From assembly GCA_023920165.1 (NCBI GenBank), contig CP089280.1, positions 620,001 to 684,000 on the forward strand: a stretch of 64,000 nucleotides of DNA, read 5' to 3'. Under the pieces are notes generated by a model. The model searched no databases and was not told where the DNA came from. It saw nothing but the letters and a program-made list of their open reading frames with translations. Positions 62,936-64,000 of this stretch are shown here, piece after piece. The translations under genes were made by a program, and so were the position numbers. How positions within the stretch are numbered: the stretch's first letter is position 1; each line of letters begins with the position of its first letter. Source of the DNA: Curvularia clavata (taxonomy: Eukaryota).

Positions 62936-64000
62936 AATCAAGTCCTGCAGGTGTCTGTGGATCGGATACAGGTATGTCGAAAGTTTGAAGAATCAGATGA
63001 GATATCGTTTAGAAAACTTATAAATCGCCGAGAGAATCAAGTAAAGCACTTGATCTTTGCTGACTCAAGAAGCTCAAGGAAATATAAGATTTTGAAGAGC
63101 ATCTGGTCATAAAACCGTTGACATAAGCCAAGGGGTTTGTTGCAACGGTTTTCTTGACTCGATCCATCCCCTCACTAAACTGAAACCTAAACAGTCGTAA
63201 TGGCACCGCGGGATCGCTATTTTGCTAGGCATATCCTTGCCTGTCAGTGATATTAAGTTGTGTATGTCTACTCTTCTAGGCATGGCGTTACTACCTGGAA
63301 CTCGTTACTTGGCGCAGGTACAGCTTACTGTGAGACTTCTTATTTTGTATGTAGGCGTAGTATATTGTAAGCTGGGCGCACCGTCGTCAGCCGCAAATCC
63401 TGGAACATTGAAGGTTTCTTGATTGCGAATTGCGTTAGATAAGACTTGTTCCTGACAATGATCGGGAGTCTTCAGCAAGTGCGTATCCCAGCGGGCTGGT
63501 ACTGCGGTCTTTCATATCCGCAGCCTGACTTGTACTCCGATGATCTTCCGCCGATTATCCTAATGGAGGTATGTGTCCGCCTCTGTCATTGTTTTCGCGG
63601 GGGAATGACGAATCCCACTGCGGCTATGCCTGACGGCACTTGGCTCATTGATACGCCGTTCAATGCTGGCTGAGCCGTATGTGCATTTGCTGCAAGTACC
63701 TAGTTACCTTCACTACCTTTTACCAGTTTCAAGTATTCTTCATATTTCAATGTTACAATGCATGCACGCTGTTCATCTTTGGGATCATATCATTGTTCGG
63801 AGAATACGTTAGGGAACAAGATGTTTTTCATGCTTACTCCATAAACGGCCCGTTTATCACGATAGCTACGAGCCCGATCTTTCTAATGGGGAGAGCGGAG
63901 CAGCGGAGCAGCGGCCCCACATCATGGGTATCCACATTTAGTAGCGAGCGGCGCCTGTTTCGCCCAATCATAATCGGAGCTCCGAGAGGATCTTCTATCT

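Overview
Intron-containing filamentous-ascomycete DNA, probably Dothideomycete/Pleosporales-like (inferred from gene content and intron signals). It holds about 19 protein-coding genes: an FMN alpha-hydroxy-acid dehydrogenase (5'-truncated), a membrane protein, an M14 carboxypeptidase, a TmpL/NPS12-like adenylation plus flavoprotein gene, a BBE-like FAD oxidase, two GAF hybrid histidine kinases (one with a degenerate ATP-binding domain), QNS1, a reticulon, two PTH11-like receptors (one with CFEM), a JMJD5-like JmjC protein, MLP1/TPR, TFA2 and several hypotheticals. The most striking feature is a ~5.1 kb segment (34147-39245) bounded by ~145-bp degenerate inverted repeats with a 27/28-identical core and TA on each outer side. 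It encodes no transposase, only an intact 7-exon patatin-NB-ARC-TPR fungal NLR with a near-identical 126-bp repeat array and RIP-like mutations, so it looks like an immune receptor packaged as cargo in a non-autonomous DNA transposon. The reticulon gene also appears to contain two tandem [D5,6] spliceosomal twin introns flanking a skippable exon. All calls are manual reads of the sequence; no searches were run.
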